Both the position numbers and the translations under genes were made by a program. From an uncultured Candidatus Poseidoniales archaeon (lineage in GTDB: Archaea; Thermoplasmatota; Poseidoniia; Poseidoniales; Poseidoniaceae): 64,000 bases of DNA. The stretch lies in contig CACODE010000006.1 of NCBI GenBank assembly GCA_902625885.1, forward strand, positions 8,729 to 72,728, in the 5' to 3' direction. Every line of letters begins with the position of its first letter. The first letter of the stretch is position 1. Positions 18,022 to 27,800 of the stretch are shown here, one piece after another. The notes under the pieces were generated by a model. The model searched no databases, was not told the DNA's origin, and saw only the letters and a program-made list of their open reading frames with translations.

Positions 18022-19140
18022 TCACTTCAGAATCGCCAACATCCTGTTCAGTGCGATCAGCGAACCTTCCTGCACGTCCTGAGGCACCACGATCTGGTTG
18101 GGTACCTCCCCGTCCACGAGCCGTTCCAGCACGTCCATTAGGTAGGCTGGATGAATCATGTACATCGTTGAACAAGGGCACACCTCTTCGTCCAAACACT
18201 CGATGTGTTTGTCGGCGTGCTCCTGAGCGAGCCTTGCAACCATGTTGATTTCTGTGCCGATGGCGATGCTCGTGCCCGCAGGCTGTTGTTCGACGAAATT
18301 ACGAATGTACTGCGTTGAACCGTTGGCATCGGCCAATTCAACCGTCTCTCTGGGGCATTCGGGGTGAACCACCACCACAGCACCGGGATGCTTCGCCCTG
18401 AAGTCAGTGATCTGTTGCGGCGTGAACCGCTTGTGAACGGAACAAAAACCGTGCCAGAGGACGATACGCGCCTTTTCCAAGGAGCCCATGGCCCCGATTC
18501 CTGGCGTCCAGGTGGGCATGCGGTCAGCGGAGATGCCCATGGCCAGGCCGGTGTTTCGCCCGAGGTGTTGGTCCGGAAAGAACAGCACTGCGCCGTCGGC
18601 CCCGGCCCGCTCAAAAGCCCATGTCAGCACGCCCTCAGCGTTTGATGACGTGCACACAACACCACCATGACGACCGACGAAATCCTTGAGATCGGCGCTT
18701 GAATTCATGTAGGTTACCGGAACGAGGAACGCCTCGCCATCGCCGGCGGGTTCCTCGGGATTGGGCCGGTGAATGGGGTCGGCGAGACCGGATTCTTCCA
18801 GCAAGGTTTCCCAAGCCACCTCAACCTCGCTCAGGGTGGCCATGTCGGCCATCGAACATCCGGCTCTGAGGTTTGGTAGAATGACGCTTTGGTCGTCTGA
18901 TGTCAAGATGTCCGCAGATTCGGCCATGAAATGAACCCCGCAAAACACGATGTATTTGGCATCGGACGCCGCTGCTTTCTGGCTAAGCATGAAGGAATCG
19001 CCGAGGAAATCGGCGTGCATGACGATGCTGTCTCGCTGGTAATGGTGGCCGAGAATCAGCAAGTCGTCGCCAAGTTGGTCTTTGAGCTCTTGAATGCGAT
19101 CCGCTATGGCGTGCTCTTCAACGGACATCGAGGTGTCCAT
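18022..19140 (-). CDS. nadA: quinolinate synthase A
   Basis: LILGHHYQRD, FCGVHFMAESADIL and VVVHPECPRE are NadA family blocks. The start is ambiguous (ATG at 19176, 19140 or 19128). I chose 19140 because a GTGA lies 5 nt upstream. Confidence 0.85.
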   Translation of the reverse strand: MDTSMSVEEHAIADRIQELKDQLGDDLLILGHHYQRDSIVMHADFLGDSFMLSQKAAASDAKYIVFCGVHFMAESADILTSDDQSVILPNLRAGCSMADMATLSEVEVAWETLLEESGLADPIHRPNPEEPAGDGEAFLVPVTYMNSSADLKDFVGRHGGVVCTSSNAEGVLTWAFERAGADGAVLFFPDQHLGRNTGLAMGISADRMPTWTPGIGAMGSLEKARIVLWHGFCSVHKRFTPQQITDFRAKHPGAVVVVHPECPRETVELADANGSTQYIRNFVEQQPAGTSIAIGTEINMVARLAQEHADKHIECLDEEVCPCSTMYMIHPAYLMDVLERLVDGEVPNQIVVPQDVQEGSLIALNRMLAILK

Positions 19141-19226
19141 GAAGTTCACACTGCACATGGGGAGGGTCACGGTCATGCGTCTCGTATGGTCCTAAACCGA
19201 CACCCTTTTTCAAAGGGCGTTTGGGC

Positions 19227-19943
19227 ATGAATCTTCAAAAAGAAGACCATGGTGTGCTGGGCATGGTCTTCAATCCAGTCGAACGGCTCCACCTCGGAGC
19301 GGAGGCCGAGGTCTGGAAAGGCGACTGGTTTGGAAAGCCTGCTGTTCGCAAACAACGGCGGCCTCGTTCTTGGCGACACCCAAACCTTGACCACCGCTTG
19401 GGTGTAAGGCGCATGATCAGCGAGGCGAGGTTGTTGATACGCACTAGAAAGGCCGGGCTTTCCGTACCTGCGGTGTGGGATTTGGACTACGAGAGTGGCC
19501 AACTCATCGTTGAATTTCTCAATGGCCGCCCACTCATTGAATTGCTCAACGACCCTGGGCTTGACGAAGAAGGTGCTAAGGCCTTGTTGCAACGGGTTGG
19601 CGGTGCCGTTCGCAGGTTGCACCGAGTGGCGATCACGCATGGCGATCTCTCGACCAACAACATCCTTATCGACGATGAAGAGGTTCAGCTCATCGATTTT
19701 GGACTCGCTTCAGTTGAATACGATGTGGAGCGTTTTGGCATTGACCTGCATGTTCTGGACGAGATATTGGGCGCCTCACACCCCCAATGGGAAGGCGCTA
19801 TCGACTGGGCGATCGATGGCTACCTAATGGAAGAGGGGAAACTCGGCCCTGCCCCTGTTTTGCAGGGTGGCGCCATACCCTCCGCCAAAGAAGTCCGTAC
19901 CAGGCTCGAAGACATCCGCACTCGCGTGCGGTATCACGGCTGA
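19227..19943 (+). CDS. bud32: Kae1-associated serine/threonine kinase Bud32 (KEOPS subunit)
   Basis: HLGAEAEVWKGDW..., SEARLLIRTRKAGLSVP, HGDLSTNNILI and LIDFGLA match the small RIO-like Bud32/PRPK kinase. The track start at 19221 is TTG, and the first ATG is at 19227. Confidence 0.75.
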   Translation: MNLQKEDHGVLGMVFNPVERLHLGAEAEVWKGDWFGKPAVRKQRRPRSWRHPNLDHRLGVRRMISEARLLIRTRKAGLSVPAVWDLDYESGQLIVEFLNGRPLIELLNDPGLDEEGAKALLQRVGGAVRRLHRVAITHGDLSTNNILIDDEEVQLIDFGLASVEYDVERFGIDLHVLDEILGASHPQWEGAIDWAIDGYLMEEGKLGPAPVLQGGAIPSAKEVRTRLEDIRTRVRYHG

Positions 19944-21997
19944 CGGCCCAATCGTCGCTCACTCTGCCGTTGCCACATGTTCCAAGCCACGACCACGAAG
20001 GCGGCCAAAACACCCGCTTGCAAAACAATGCTCGAATACAAACGCAACTCGGGTTCCCAGGGATGAATTTGGACCGTTGTCTCTTCACCGTCCATTTGGA
20101 AGTAGACCAAATGGTGTTCAGAAACCAACGGACTCCACTGGTCTTTCAAATCCGAGGTGATGTGCTGCGGCGACGTATTGGTCGCCAATTCCATGAAGTA
20201 AATTTCCCAGTCGAGGTACTTTTCTTGAGGTTTCAAGGGGTTGTAATGGTCGCGCACCGACCAAGCGAGAATCCCGTGGTCCAGCGAAATGTCGGAGACG
20301 TGAAATTTGGGGTTGCTGGCCAACCACTGCCCGGCTGTTGAGCGATTGTAGAGGACCAAGCGGTCGGTCGCTGAGACGTTGACCGTCACCGCAAGGTACT
20401 CACGGTCAAAAGCGATGTTTTCCACGGTGGCGTTTTCCATGTCGACAGGCGTGCCCCACTCGGCTAGGGTATCATCCTCTTCAATCGGCGCCGAGGCGTT
20501 GATGGCGTACGAAACCTCTCCGCGAACGCCGATTTGAACCATGTTCACGTCGGTCGGTCGGTCCTCCGTGACGTAGGCGATTTCAGACCCTGCACAGGTC
20601 ATCGACCGTATGGCTTCGGAGGCCTCTACCTGCAGTATTTCGGCACCATCAAGACCGGTTACACGAAGCACACTACCCGAAGTGTAAGCCAACACGAGAG
20701 CGTCGTTTTGTTCACACAAAAGGAGGTGTTCGTGTTCTTCAAAAGGCATGATTTGAACGATGTTTTCGGGTGCATTGAGGTCGTAGTAAAGCAGCGATGT
20801 GGCGTTCGTGACCACAAGTGTGTCACCTTGGTTGGTGAATGAAGAATTGAGATCAAATTCGGGCACACTCAAAACGATCGGCTCGTATGCATCGGCGGTC
20901 AAGTCGTAGACGTGCAGGGACGTGCCCTCCGTCTGATTTCGAACGACCAACCAGTCGTCTGAGACAACGGCCGACTCCGGAGCCTCAACGCCACCTGCAG
21001 GAAGAGAACGATGGGTCAAGTCCCAAGTGATGACGGCAGCCACAACGATGAGGATGACCACCGCGATGTGGCCGGTTTCTCTGCTCGAGGGCGACCGGTA
21101 CTGTTTGACGGTTCTTGCAAAGCGAGAGCGAAACCACGACCACGCTTGTCGGGGTTGGGTGAGCAAGGTAACGATGCGGGCGTTCATCGTGCGCTCGTCG
21201 AAAAACTTCCACCAGGTGTTGGAGGTCCGGTCGGCCATGGAAACGGCAGCGCCGGCGATGAGCATGCCGCCGATGATGTCAACAAACCAGTGTATGCCGA
21301 GGTAAATGATGGTGAAAGCCGTGAGAACCGTGTAGGCGAATATGGTGTACCTGTAGCGGTTCCAACGCCGGTCCTCATCAAACCGCGTCAAACAGAGCCA
21401 TACGGCAAAAGGGATACCGATGTGCAGGGATGGCATGCCGTTGGTAAACGGGTCGATTCGGCGGAACCAATCAGCGATTTCCGGCGTCAGGGTGTAGGCA
21501 AGGGTCTCCATACCCGGAATGGTTTCACCGGTGACACGGACGTTGAAAAAGAGGTAGAAGGGGACGGCAAGAATGTACACCCAGGCGATGGACAGGGTGA
21601 CGCGGTCGGCCAGCCATCGCTCGTCAAAGTAGGCGAAATAGAACACCGACACGTAGCAAACAAACATGAAGCCTGCGACGTAAAAATGCGTCAAAGCGGT
21701 GGTGAGCCAGTCCGCTTCGAAGGTTTCCTGCACCCACAAGACGAGGTTACCTTCGATGGCCCACACATACGGCGTCATGTCAAGGCCCGTGCTGGCCATC
21801 AACAACCTGTCGATTTGATCCAGCATGTCTTTGGCGTTGTAAATGGCAAAAACGATGAGAATGTGAACCCAGTAACGACGAAAAAAGTCAACAAAAGGTG
21901 GAAGTGAAAGTTTCGCCCACGGTGGTTTGAACACCGGGAGAAGGATGACGCCCAAGGCCAGAGCGCTGATCATCCAGGTCAGGTAGACACTCTGCAT
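19934..21997 (-). CDS. PAP2-superfamily membrane phosphatase/transferase fused to an extracytoplasmic beta-propeller-like domain
   Basis: 687 aa. The N-terminal ~280 aa are polytopic with PAP2-type motifs (NGMPSLHIG; LGIHWFVDIIGG). A TM follows (IAVVILIVVAAVITW), then ~330 aa of repetitive beta-rich sequence reminiscent of TolB-like propellers, then a C-terminal TM (IVLQAGVLAAFVVVAW). Confidence 0.6.
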   Translation of the reverse strand: MQSVYLTWMISALALGVILLPVFKPPWAKLSLPPFVDFFRRYWVHILIVFAIYNAKDMLDQIDRLLMASTGLDMTPYVWAIEGNLVLWVQETFEADWLTTALTHFYVAGFMFVCYVSVFYFAYFDERWLADRVTLSIAWVYILAVPFYLFFNVRVTGETIPGMETLAYTLTPEIADWFRRIDPFTNGMPSLHIGIPFAVWLCLTRFDEDRRWNRYRYTIFAYTVLTAFTIIYLGIHWFVDIIGGMLIAGAAVSMADRTSNTWWKFFDERTMNARIVTLLTQPRQAWSWFRSRFARTVKQYRSPSSRETGHIAVVILIVVAAVITWDLTHRSLPAGGVEAPESAVVSDDWLVVRNQTEGTSLHVYDLTADAYEPIVLSVPEFDLNSSFTNQGDTLVVTNATSLLYYDLNAPENIVQIMPFEEHEHLLLCEQNDALVLAYTSGSVLRVTGLDGAEILQVEASEAIRSMTCAGSEIAYVTEDRPTDVNMVQIGVRGEVSYAINASAPIEEDDTLAEWGTPVDMENATVENIAFDREYLAVTVNVSATDRLVLYNRSTAGQWLASNPKFHVSDISLDHGILAWSVRDHYNPLKPQEKYLDWEIYFMELATNTSPQHITSDLKDQWSPLVSEHHLVYFQMDGEETTVQIHPWEPELRLYSSIVLQAGVLAAFVVVAWNMWQRQSERRLGRQP

Positions 21998-22077
21998 TGC
22001 GACGCACCTCGGTTATCTGTCGTGGCTTCCCTTCATCAAAGCGTCGTCAAGCAAAGACCTGCACGGTGGGGTTGTGT

Positions 22078-22431
22078 TCACCAGGCGCCGTGAACGTAGG
22101 GTTTCCCTCGGTCAGGGTCGCGTCGGTTCGCGAGGTCATAAATACGCTCGAAGCGGTAAATCCCGCTCGAGCAGCCCTGTTGCCATTCAAACGCCAACGC
22201 ATATTTTCCAATGGTGCGGACCGTTGGTTTCTCGGCCGGTAGCGACTCAATTTGCCGTCGCAAACTGCGAGCAGAATCGTCCTCGTTTCGCAACGGTGAG
22301 CATTTTGCACAGGGGCAAGCATGACGTAAATCGTCGTAAGTAACGGTGTAAGTGGTCTCGTCATCGTAGGTGAGGATCATGTCCTGCTTTCGCCGTTCCA
22401 ACTTCTTCAAGGTCGGTAGTGTCTCTGCCAT
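22078..22431 (-). CDS. DUF971-family protein
   Basis: 117 aa. YDDLRHACPCAKCSP ... YALAFEWQQGCSSGIYRFERIYDL matches the DUF971 (gamma-butyrobetaine hydroxylase-like N-terminal) pattern. It lies 10 nt downstream of the Mrp-like gene, a frequent pairing. Confidence 0.6.
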   Translation of the reverse strand: MAETLPTLKKLERRKQDMILTYDDETTYTVTYDDLRHACPCAKCSPLRNEDDSARSLRRQIESLPAEKPTVRTIGKYALAFEWQQGCSSGIYRFERIYDLANRRDPDRGKPYVHGAW

Positions 22432-22440
22432 GACCCACCC

Positions 22441-23526
22441 TCAAATGATTTCAAGGCCGCCGTCAGCACCGTCGGAGAGTTGCTCTTGGATGGCTTCAAC
22501 GACTTTTGCAAAGGCGACGGCGGATGCGCCCTCCGGCTCCGAGACGATTCGGTGAACGCCGTCGTCGCCACCCCGGACAAAGCCCGGGTCGAAGGGAAGC
22601 GCTCCCAAAAACGGGACACCAAACTCTTGAGCCGTTTCCTTCCCACCGCCTTCTTTGAAAATATCCAGCGTAACTGAAAACTTTCCACCGTCGTCAGCGG
22701 TCGTTGTCAACGTTTTCCCTCCCGGCGCTGCAATGGACACCTCGGTGCCTGGGGCGGCGGTACCGTTGACCGTGAACCCGCTCATGTTTTCGACCACACC
22801 AAGCACCGGGACTTTGAGCGATTCTGAGAAGGTAATTGACTTGCGGCTGTCCAAAAGGGCAACCTGCTGAGGCGTGGTCACGATAACCATGCCGTCAATG
22901 TCGGGCAGCGATTGAGCCACGGTCAGTGGCTCGTCAGAGGTACCGGGAGGAAAATCGATGACGAGGTAGTCAAGTTCTCCCCACTCCACATCGCCGATGA
23001 ATTGCTGAATGGCCCCGAGCTTGATGGGTCCCCGCCACACAACAGGCGTGTCTTCGTCTTCAAGCAGAAACGCCATGCTGATCACCTTTACCCCAAGGTG
23101 GCCCTGGGCTGGGTGTATGCGTCCGTTTTCAACGTGCAATCGGCGACCGTCAAGACCCATCATCTTGGGAACGTTGGGCCCAGTGATGTCAATGTCCAAG
23201 ATACCTACCGTGAACCCCTGCTGAGCCAGTGAAAGCGCAAGACCCGTGGAAACGGTGGATTTACCCACGCCACCTTTGCCCGAAAGAACCATGATTTTGT
23301 GCTTGATTTTTCGCCCGATTTCTTCCATGGCCATCTTGCGCTTCATCTGAGCATAGGCCTGTTCCATCTGTTTCTGTTCTTGGGCAGACGGTCCTGCCGG
23401 AGCCGCATTGGAGGCGACTGGCAAGTTGATGGACACGGGTGAATCCGCCATGATTGGACCACGAATCATGCCTACTTCAACCCACCCACCGGTTTCGGGA
23501 ACCCGAAAGAGCGTCAACATCGCCAT
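22441..23526 (-). CDS. Mrp/NBP35/ApbC-family P-loop ATPase (cysteine-free variant)
   Basis: Deviant Walker A VLSGKGGVGKSTVS, the block LDYLVIDFPPGTSD, and VVENMSGF followed by an insert where CxxC normally sits. The start is ambiguous (ATG at 23526, 23469 or 23451). Confidence 0.75.
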   Translation of the reverse strand: MAMLTLFRVPETGGWVEVGMIRGPIMADSPVSINLPVASNAAPAGPSAQEQKQMEQAYAQMKRKMAMEEIGRKIKHKIMVLSGKGGVGKSTVSTGLALSLAQQGFTVGILDIDITGPNVPKMMGLDGRRLHVENGRIHPAQGHLGVKVISMAFLLEDEDTPVVWRGPIKLGAIQQFIGDVEWGELDYLVIDFPPGTSDEPLTVAQSLPDIDGMVIVTTPQQVALLDSRKSITFSESLKVPVLGVVENMSGFTVNGTAAPGTEVSIAAPGGKTLTTTADDGGKFSVTLDIFKEGGGKETAQEFGVPFLGALPFDPGFVRGGDDGVHRIVSEPEGASAVAFAKVVEAIQEQLSDGADGGLEII

Positions 23527-23855
23527 CGCCGTTCAAAGGCGACGTGGGTCGTCAACATCAGGGACACAACACCGACGATAGCGACCACTGACCACGTCAT
23601 CCCGGCGTAAGCCCATGCTAGGGCAAAGGAGAGGACCAACGATATCGGAAGGCATCGCCGGGCAACGGTGCGTTTTCGGGCGGTTTCGGAGGCGCCGGAA
23701 AGCACGGCTGTTATCGGACCAAAACCGATGGTCTGCAGGCTGATGAGCGAGGCAACGATGGCAAAGGCCCACCTCACGTCGTTGGCGGCAAAGACGATGT
23801 GCAACAAGAAAAACAAACACAAAGCGGCGAGATTGATAGCCACAGCCCGCCGCAT
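23514..23855 (-). CDS. small hypothetical membrane protein (3-4 TM)
   Basis: 113 aa, almost entirely hydrophobic helices. Its 3' end overlaps the maximal Mrp start by 13 nt. No family recognised. Confidence 0.4.
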   Translation of the reverse strand: MRRAVAINLAALCLFFLLHIVFAANDVRWAFAIVASLISLQTIGFGPITAVLSGASETARKRTVARRCLPISLVLSFALAWAYAGMTWSVVAIVGVVSLMLTTHVAFERRWRC

Positions 23856-23939
23856 GGCCGTACCTGAGGCTCAACCTATGTGAAGGCATCAACGCACTGT
23901 GGAGAAAGAATTGAAATGGGGTCGCCGTGAGTGTCCATC

Positions 23940-24311
23940 ATGAAGGTGCTTTTCGTTTGTGTTGGCAATTCTTGTCGGTCACAAATGGCTGAAGGATTGG
24001 CACGGTCAATGGGCCTTGAAGCCGCCTCAGCAGGCACGCACCCCGCCTCAAGGGTTGCCCCACACGCCGTTAAACTGCTAGAATCAAAGGGCATTGACAC
24101 AACGGGTATGGCGCCAAAAAACGTCGCCGACATGGACACCGGTGCCTTTGACACCATCATCTCGATGGGCTGCGGTGTTCACTGCCCTGCCATCCGCTTG
24201 GATGAGGACTGGGCGTTGGAGGATCCCGTCGGACAACCGTACGAGGTCTACGAAAAGACGGCATTGGAGATTCAGCGACGCCTTCAGATGTTGCTGGATC
24301 AGTCGTCTTGA
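23940..24311 (+). CDS. low-molecular-weight phosphotyrosine phosphatase / ArsC-type arsenate reductase family
   Basis: MKVLFVCVGNSCRSQMAEG carries the CX5R(S) P-loop of the LMW-PTP/ArsC family. 123 aa from the first ATG (the track start at 23931 is GTG). Confidence 0.75.
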   Translation: MKVLFVCVGNSCRSQMAEGLARSMGLEAASAGTHPASRVAPHAVKLLESKGIDTTGMAPKNVADMDTGAFDTIISMGCGVHCPAIRLDEDWALEDPVGQPYEVYEKTALEIQRRLQMLLDQSS

Positions 24312-24619
24312 GGTGTCGGCATCTCACCGACCCCCTCAAGGTCTATTCGCAACACGCTGACCGTGCGCGTGCCGTTTTCTCCCTCAACTTCCTCGGACTC
24401 GCAAGAAAGCCCCTGAATGTTCACCGTCTCCGGCAAACTTTGAGCGATGTGCCCGTTTCTTCGGCGACACACCTCAGCGACATCAACCGCTCTCGAGATG
24501 GTGGCGCCCCTCGCAACGAGTTGCAACTCTCTGTCGCCGTCCTCCATCGCCTTTACAACGGCCCTCACGTAAGCGTGAAGTGGTTTTTTTCCGACAAAAA
24601 TAATTCGACGCTCGCCCAT
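24299..24619 (-). CDS. albA: DNA/RNA-binding protein Alba
   Basis: 106 aa from ATG 24619. IIFVGKKPLHAYVRAVVKAMEDG...LVARGATISRAVDVAEV is the Alba signature. A TATA-like GTTTATGG lies about 40 nt upstream. Confidence 0.85.
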   Translation of the reverse strand: MGERRIIFVGKKPLHAYVRAVVKAMEDGDRELQLVARGATISRAVDVAEVCRRRNGHIAQSLPETVNIQGLSCESEEVEGENGTRTVSVLRIDLEGVGEMPTPQDD

Positions 24620-24677
24620 GCTTATCGGGATTTGTTGGTGTTGTCCACTCCATAAACATTCACGGCAATCAAGGCGC

Positions 24678-24682
24678 AAAAA
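24678..24682 (-). terminator. oligo-T tract downstream of tRNA-Gly
   Basis: The minus strand reads ...CCGTTGTTTTTGCG..., with a T5 run about 13 nt after the tRNA 3' end. Archaeal terminators are typically oligo-T. Confidence 0.35.
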
Positions 24683-24694
24683 CAACGGCAAGAG

Positions 24695-24766
24695 TGCGAG
24701 CGCCGGGACTCGAACCCGGGTTCAGGCGTTGGCAACGCCCGGTGATAACCACTACACTACGCTCGC
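24695..24766 (-). tRNA. tRNA-Gly (anticodon GCC)
   Basis: The reverse complement folds by hand into a cloverleaf. The acceptor stem GCGAGCG/CGCTCGC is a perfect 7 bp. The anticodon stem is GGGCG/CGCCT with loop TTGCCAA (U33, GCC, A37). The T-arm is CCGGG-TTCGAGT-CCCGG and the discriminator is A. CCA is not encoded. Confidence 0.9.
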
Positions 24767-24847
24767 TAACGGTTGGCCCAATTGCCACGGGTTTAAACCA
24801 TTGTCGGCGGGGAAATACGGAGGCTGGATTTGGGGACAGTCGGCTGA

Positions 24848-27800
24848 TTATTGCATGCCGAAACGGTCGTTGCCACCCTCTTCATTGCGGCGCCACAATT
24901 GCACCAAGACCACAACAGCACCAAAGAAGAGAATGACGCCCAAGCCGATCAGCACCTGAGAATCAACGCCACCGCTCACGGTGGCTGTTGAATCGTCCGC
25001 CACCAGCTTGACCACAGCATCGCCCGTGTTCATTTCGCCGTAGGCGTCAAACGCACGCACAGCGATTTCATGCGTTCCCAGTGGCGTTCCCTCCCGTACC
25101 GACAGCACGGCGGTGTAAACGCCATCATTGGCAACCTCATCGCCACCGTTTACCCCATCATCGTGCATGTTCGTCCAGGTTGGTCCCCCGATTGGAGCGT
25201 AGATACCAAGCCGAATCTGAACGCGTTGAATGCCGTCCGGGTCGGTGACTTGAACGGTGTAGACGTGGGTTGACGCTGGCTTTTTGCTTACCGTCGCCTG
25301 TTCCAAGATGATCGTGGGTCGGTCGTTGAGAATGCGAACCGTGATGTCGACGGCGGCGGCGCTGTTCACGTGATGAGGTCCAAAATAGGAATCGCCAACG
25401 ACGGAGGTTGGCGTGAAATACCGCTGCTGTGTCGAAGCGCCCAACCCGTCCTCAGCGACCACAAGAAGGGACTGCTCACCCGGAGTCATGCCGTTTGGCA
25501 TGGTTACCATGCCGGCCCAAAGCGAACCGTCCTCGGTGGTCAACTCAACGACGTCCCCGCCGTACTCACGCAAGTCAAGATGTACAGCGGCCACACCATG
25601 ACCGTCGTAGGCGCGCACGTTGATGACGATGGATTGGCCGCGCTCTAGAGCGCCAGGCACGGCTTCAACTTCAAGCAAACGAGGTGGTAAATTATCGACG
25701 TGAAGAGTGGCATCAAGTGATGATGAGGCCCCGAAACTGTCGGTGGCCGTAACACCAACCGTCGCCGGGCCCGCGTGCAATCCGCTGATGACAACAGAAG
25801 CCGTGAACACATCGTCGCCAACAACCAAATCGCCGTCCAGGCCTCGGTCGTTCAAGGCAAGTAGCCCCAATCCTAGTGAAGCCAAATCGGCTTCGACGGC
25901 AACAATGTTCCATTCGTCGTCCGCCACATGAATCTCAAGGTGAGCGATGGCGCCGCCTTCGCCAAAGGCGAGACCGTCTCGCCACTGAACCTCTCCAATG
26001 GTCGGTGCCGTGTTTTCGTCCTCGGATACGATCGCCGGGGAGAGGACCCTCGCCAGCGTTTGGGTTTCAGCCAAGGAAACGCTCTCATCGTCCTCTCCAA
26101 AAGGCACAGCAAGCGTTCGCTGCACGGAAGACAACAGGCCCTTGAGCGGTCCGACCGAAACCATGGTGCCGGTGGCCGTTCCCGTTTCGCCATCGCTTCC
26201 GTAGGTCCCACTCCACTCGATGACGGTCAGGTTGTGACCGTCCCTCGTGTCAATACGCGTGTCGCCGGCAACGACGTTGAGGACGATGCCATCTTGCTGG
26301 GCCAGCCTGATGCGGTCGTCTTTGATGAGCGGGATTGGCATCAAGCCGTTTTCTCGACCCACGGTGAGGTTGCCAAGCCCTTCCTGTGTGTCCGGGACCG
26401 AGGCGTTTCGTTGCTGTGGACTTCGTTCGGGGTATTCCTCGCCCTCAGAGGCATCGGGCCCCGTCTGCCGCCAAACAAGACGAACGGTTCTGTTGTCCCA
26501 ATCGGACTGAACCGCTTGGTAATCCCATGTCTGATTGTGTGTCGCCCCCACACCAGCGCCGTCAAAGAAATTGCCACCGCTGATGCCAGTGATGTTGAAC
26601 CACGACTCTTGGAAAATCACATTCACAAGAAATTCATCACCGGTTGCATTGCGCTGCATGCCCGTGGTTTCTATGCCGCGCACAACACCAAAATCTCCTT
26701 GAACATCTCCGGTGATGGTGCCGTCCACATGCAGGTCGTCAATCAGCGTCGTTCCGTTTTCCAGTTTGGTATGAAGATCAAGGATCGTGCCGTTGACCTG
26801 TACTGAAGCATTGTCATCCTCCCCCACAAAACCAAAGGTTCCTTGCCCGTACAACTCCTCCAGGTGTTGCGTTCGAACGCCATCTTCCCAACGGTTGATG
26901 GACGTAAAGCCGTCAAGAGAAACATCCAACCGGGTGTCTTCGTCGATCAGCACAAAATCCGCCATGGCCTCAAATTGGGTGTGTTGCAGAACACGAACGC
27001 CGTCCACATCCGTGTACTCAAAGAAAAAGACGGCCAGTTCGCCATCGATGTTGAGGGACGAGTCGTCGCCGCTTTCCTCGGAGATGTTCAGCGACCCTGT
27101 GGCTTCAAGCGAAAGATGCTCACCGACCACACCGTTAATGACCGAACGGTTGAGGGAGGCCTTGGAAACGTCGGCATCAATCACCGTAACCGTCTCGCCA
27201 TCAACCACCGTTGTCCGCAAACCGCCGTGGCCGCGAGCGTCAAAGATCTGGCTGGTGAGGACACCAGCAACAACCGTTTCGTTTTTCCACAGTTGAGTTA
27301 ACACCAAATCAAGATCTGTGGTGCCGTTTTCCGTGCTCTCAACGGTCTGGAACGTGCCGTTGCCCAACTCCCACGAGGAGAGCGTCTCACCGATGCGTTG
27401 CTGCCAACCCTGCCCCGTGAACGCCAGGGAAAAATTCTGGTTCCCTTCCTCGGTAGCGTAATCCTGTTCAAGGGCCCAAGAGGTCGAAAGAAGAACCTCG
27501 TGATCGTCCATCGGCTGGTTCCACAAACCCACCACGAAATTTCTCGAAGCCTCCACTTCAAGCCCCGAAACCCCGTTGTGTTCGGTGATTGTGACGGTTA
27601 AATCCACGCTGTCGCCCCACGCTAACGAGGTGTTGAAGTTCAGCAGCGCCGTGCGAAAACCGTCCGTGCTGTCCCAAGAAACGGTGTGGGTGTTTGGCAA
27701 CGCAACGCCGTTGCGCTCGTGAAGCAATTCAACATCAATGCCGTATGTACCGTTGTCGGAGAACGTGAGCAAGTAGGCGTGCGGGTTCTCAGCACCCGTG

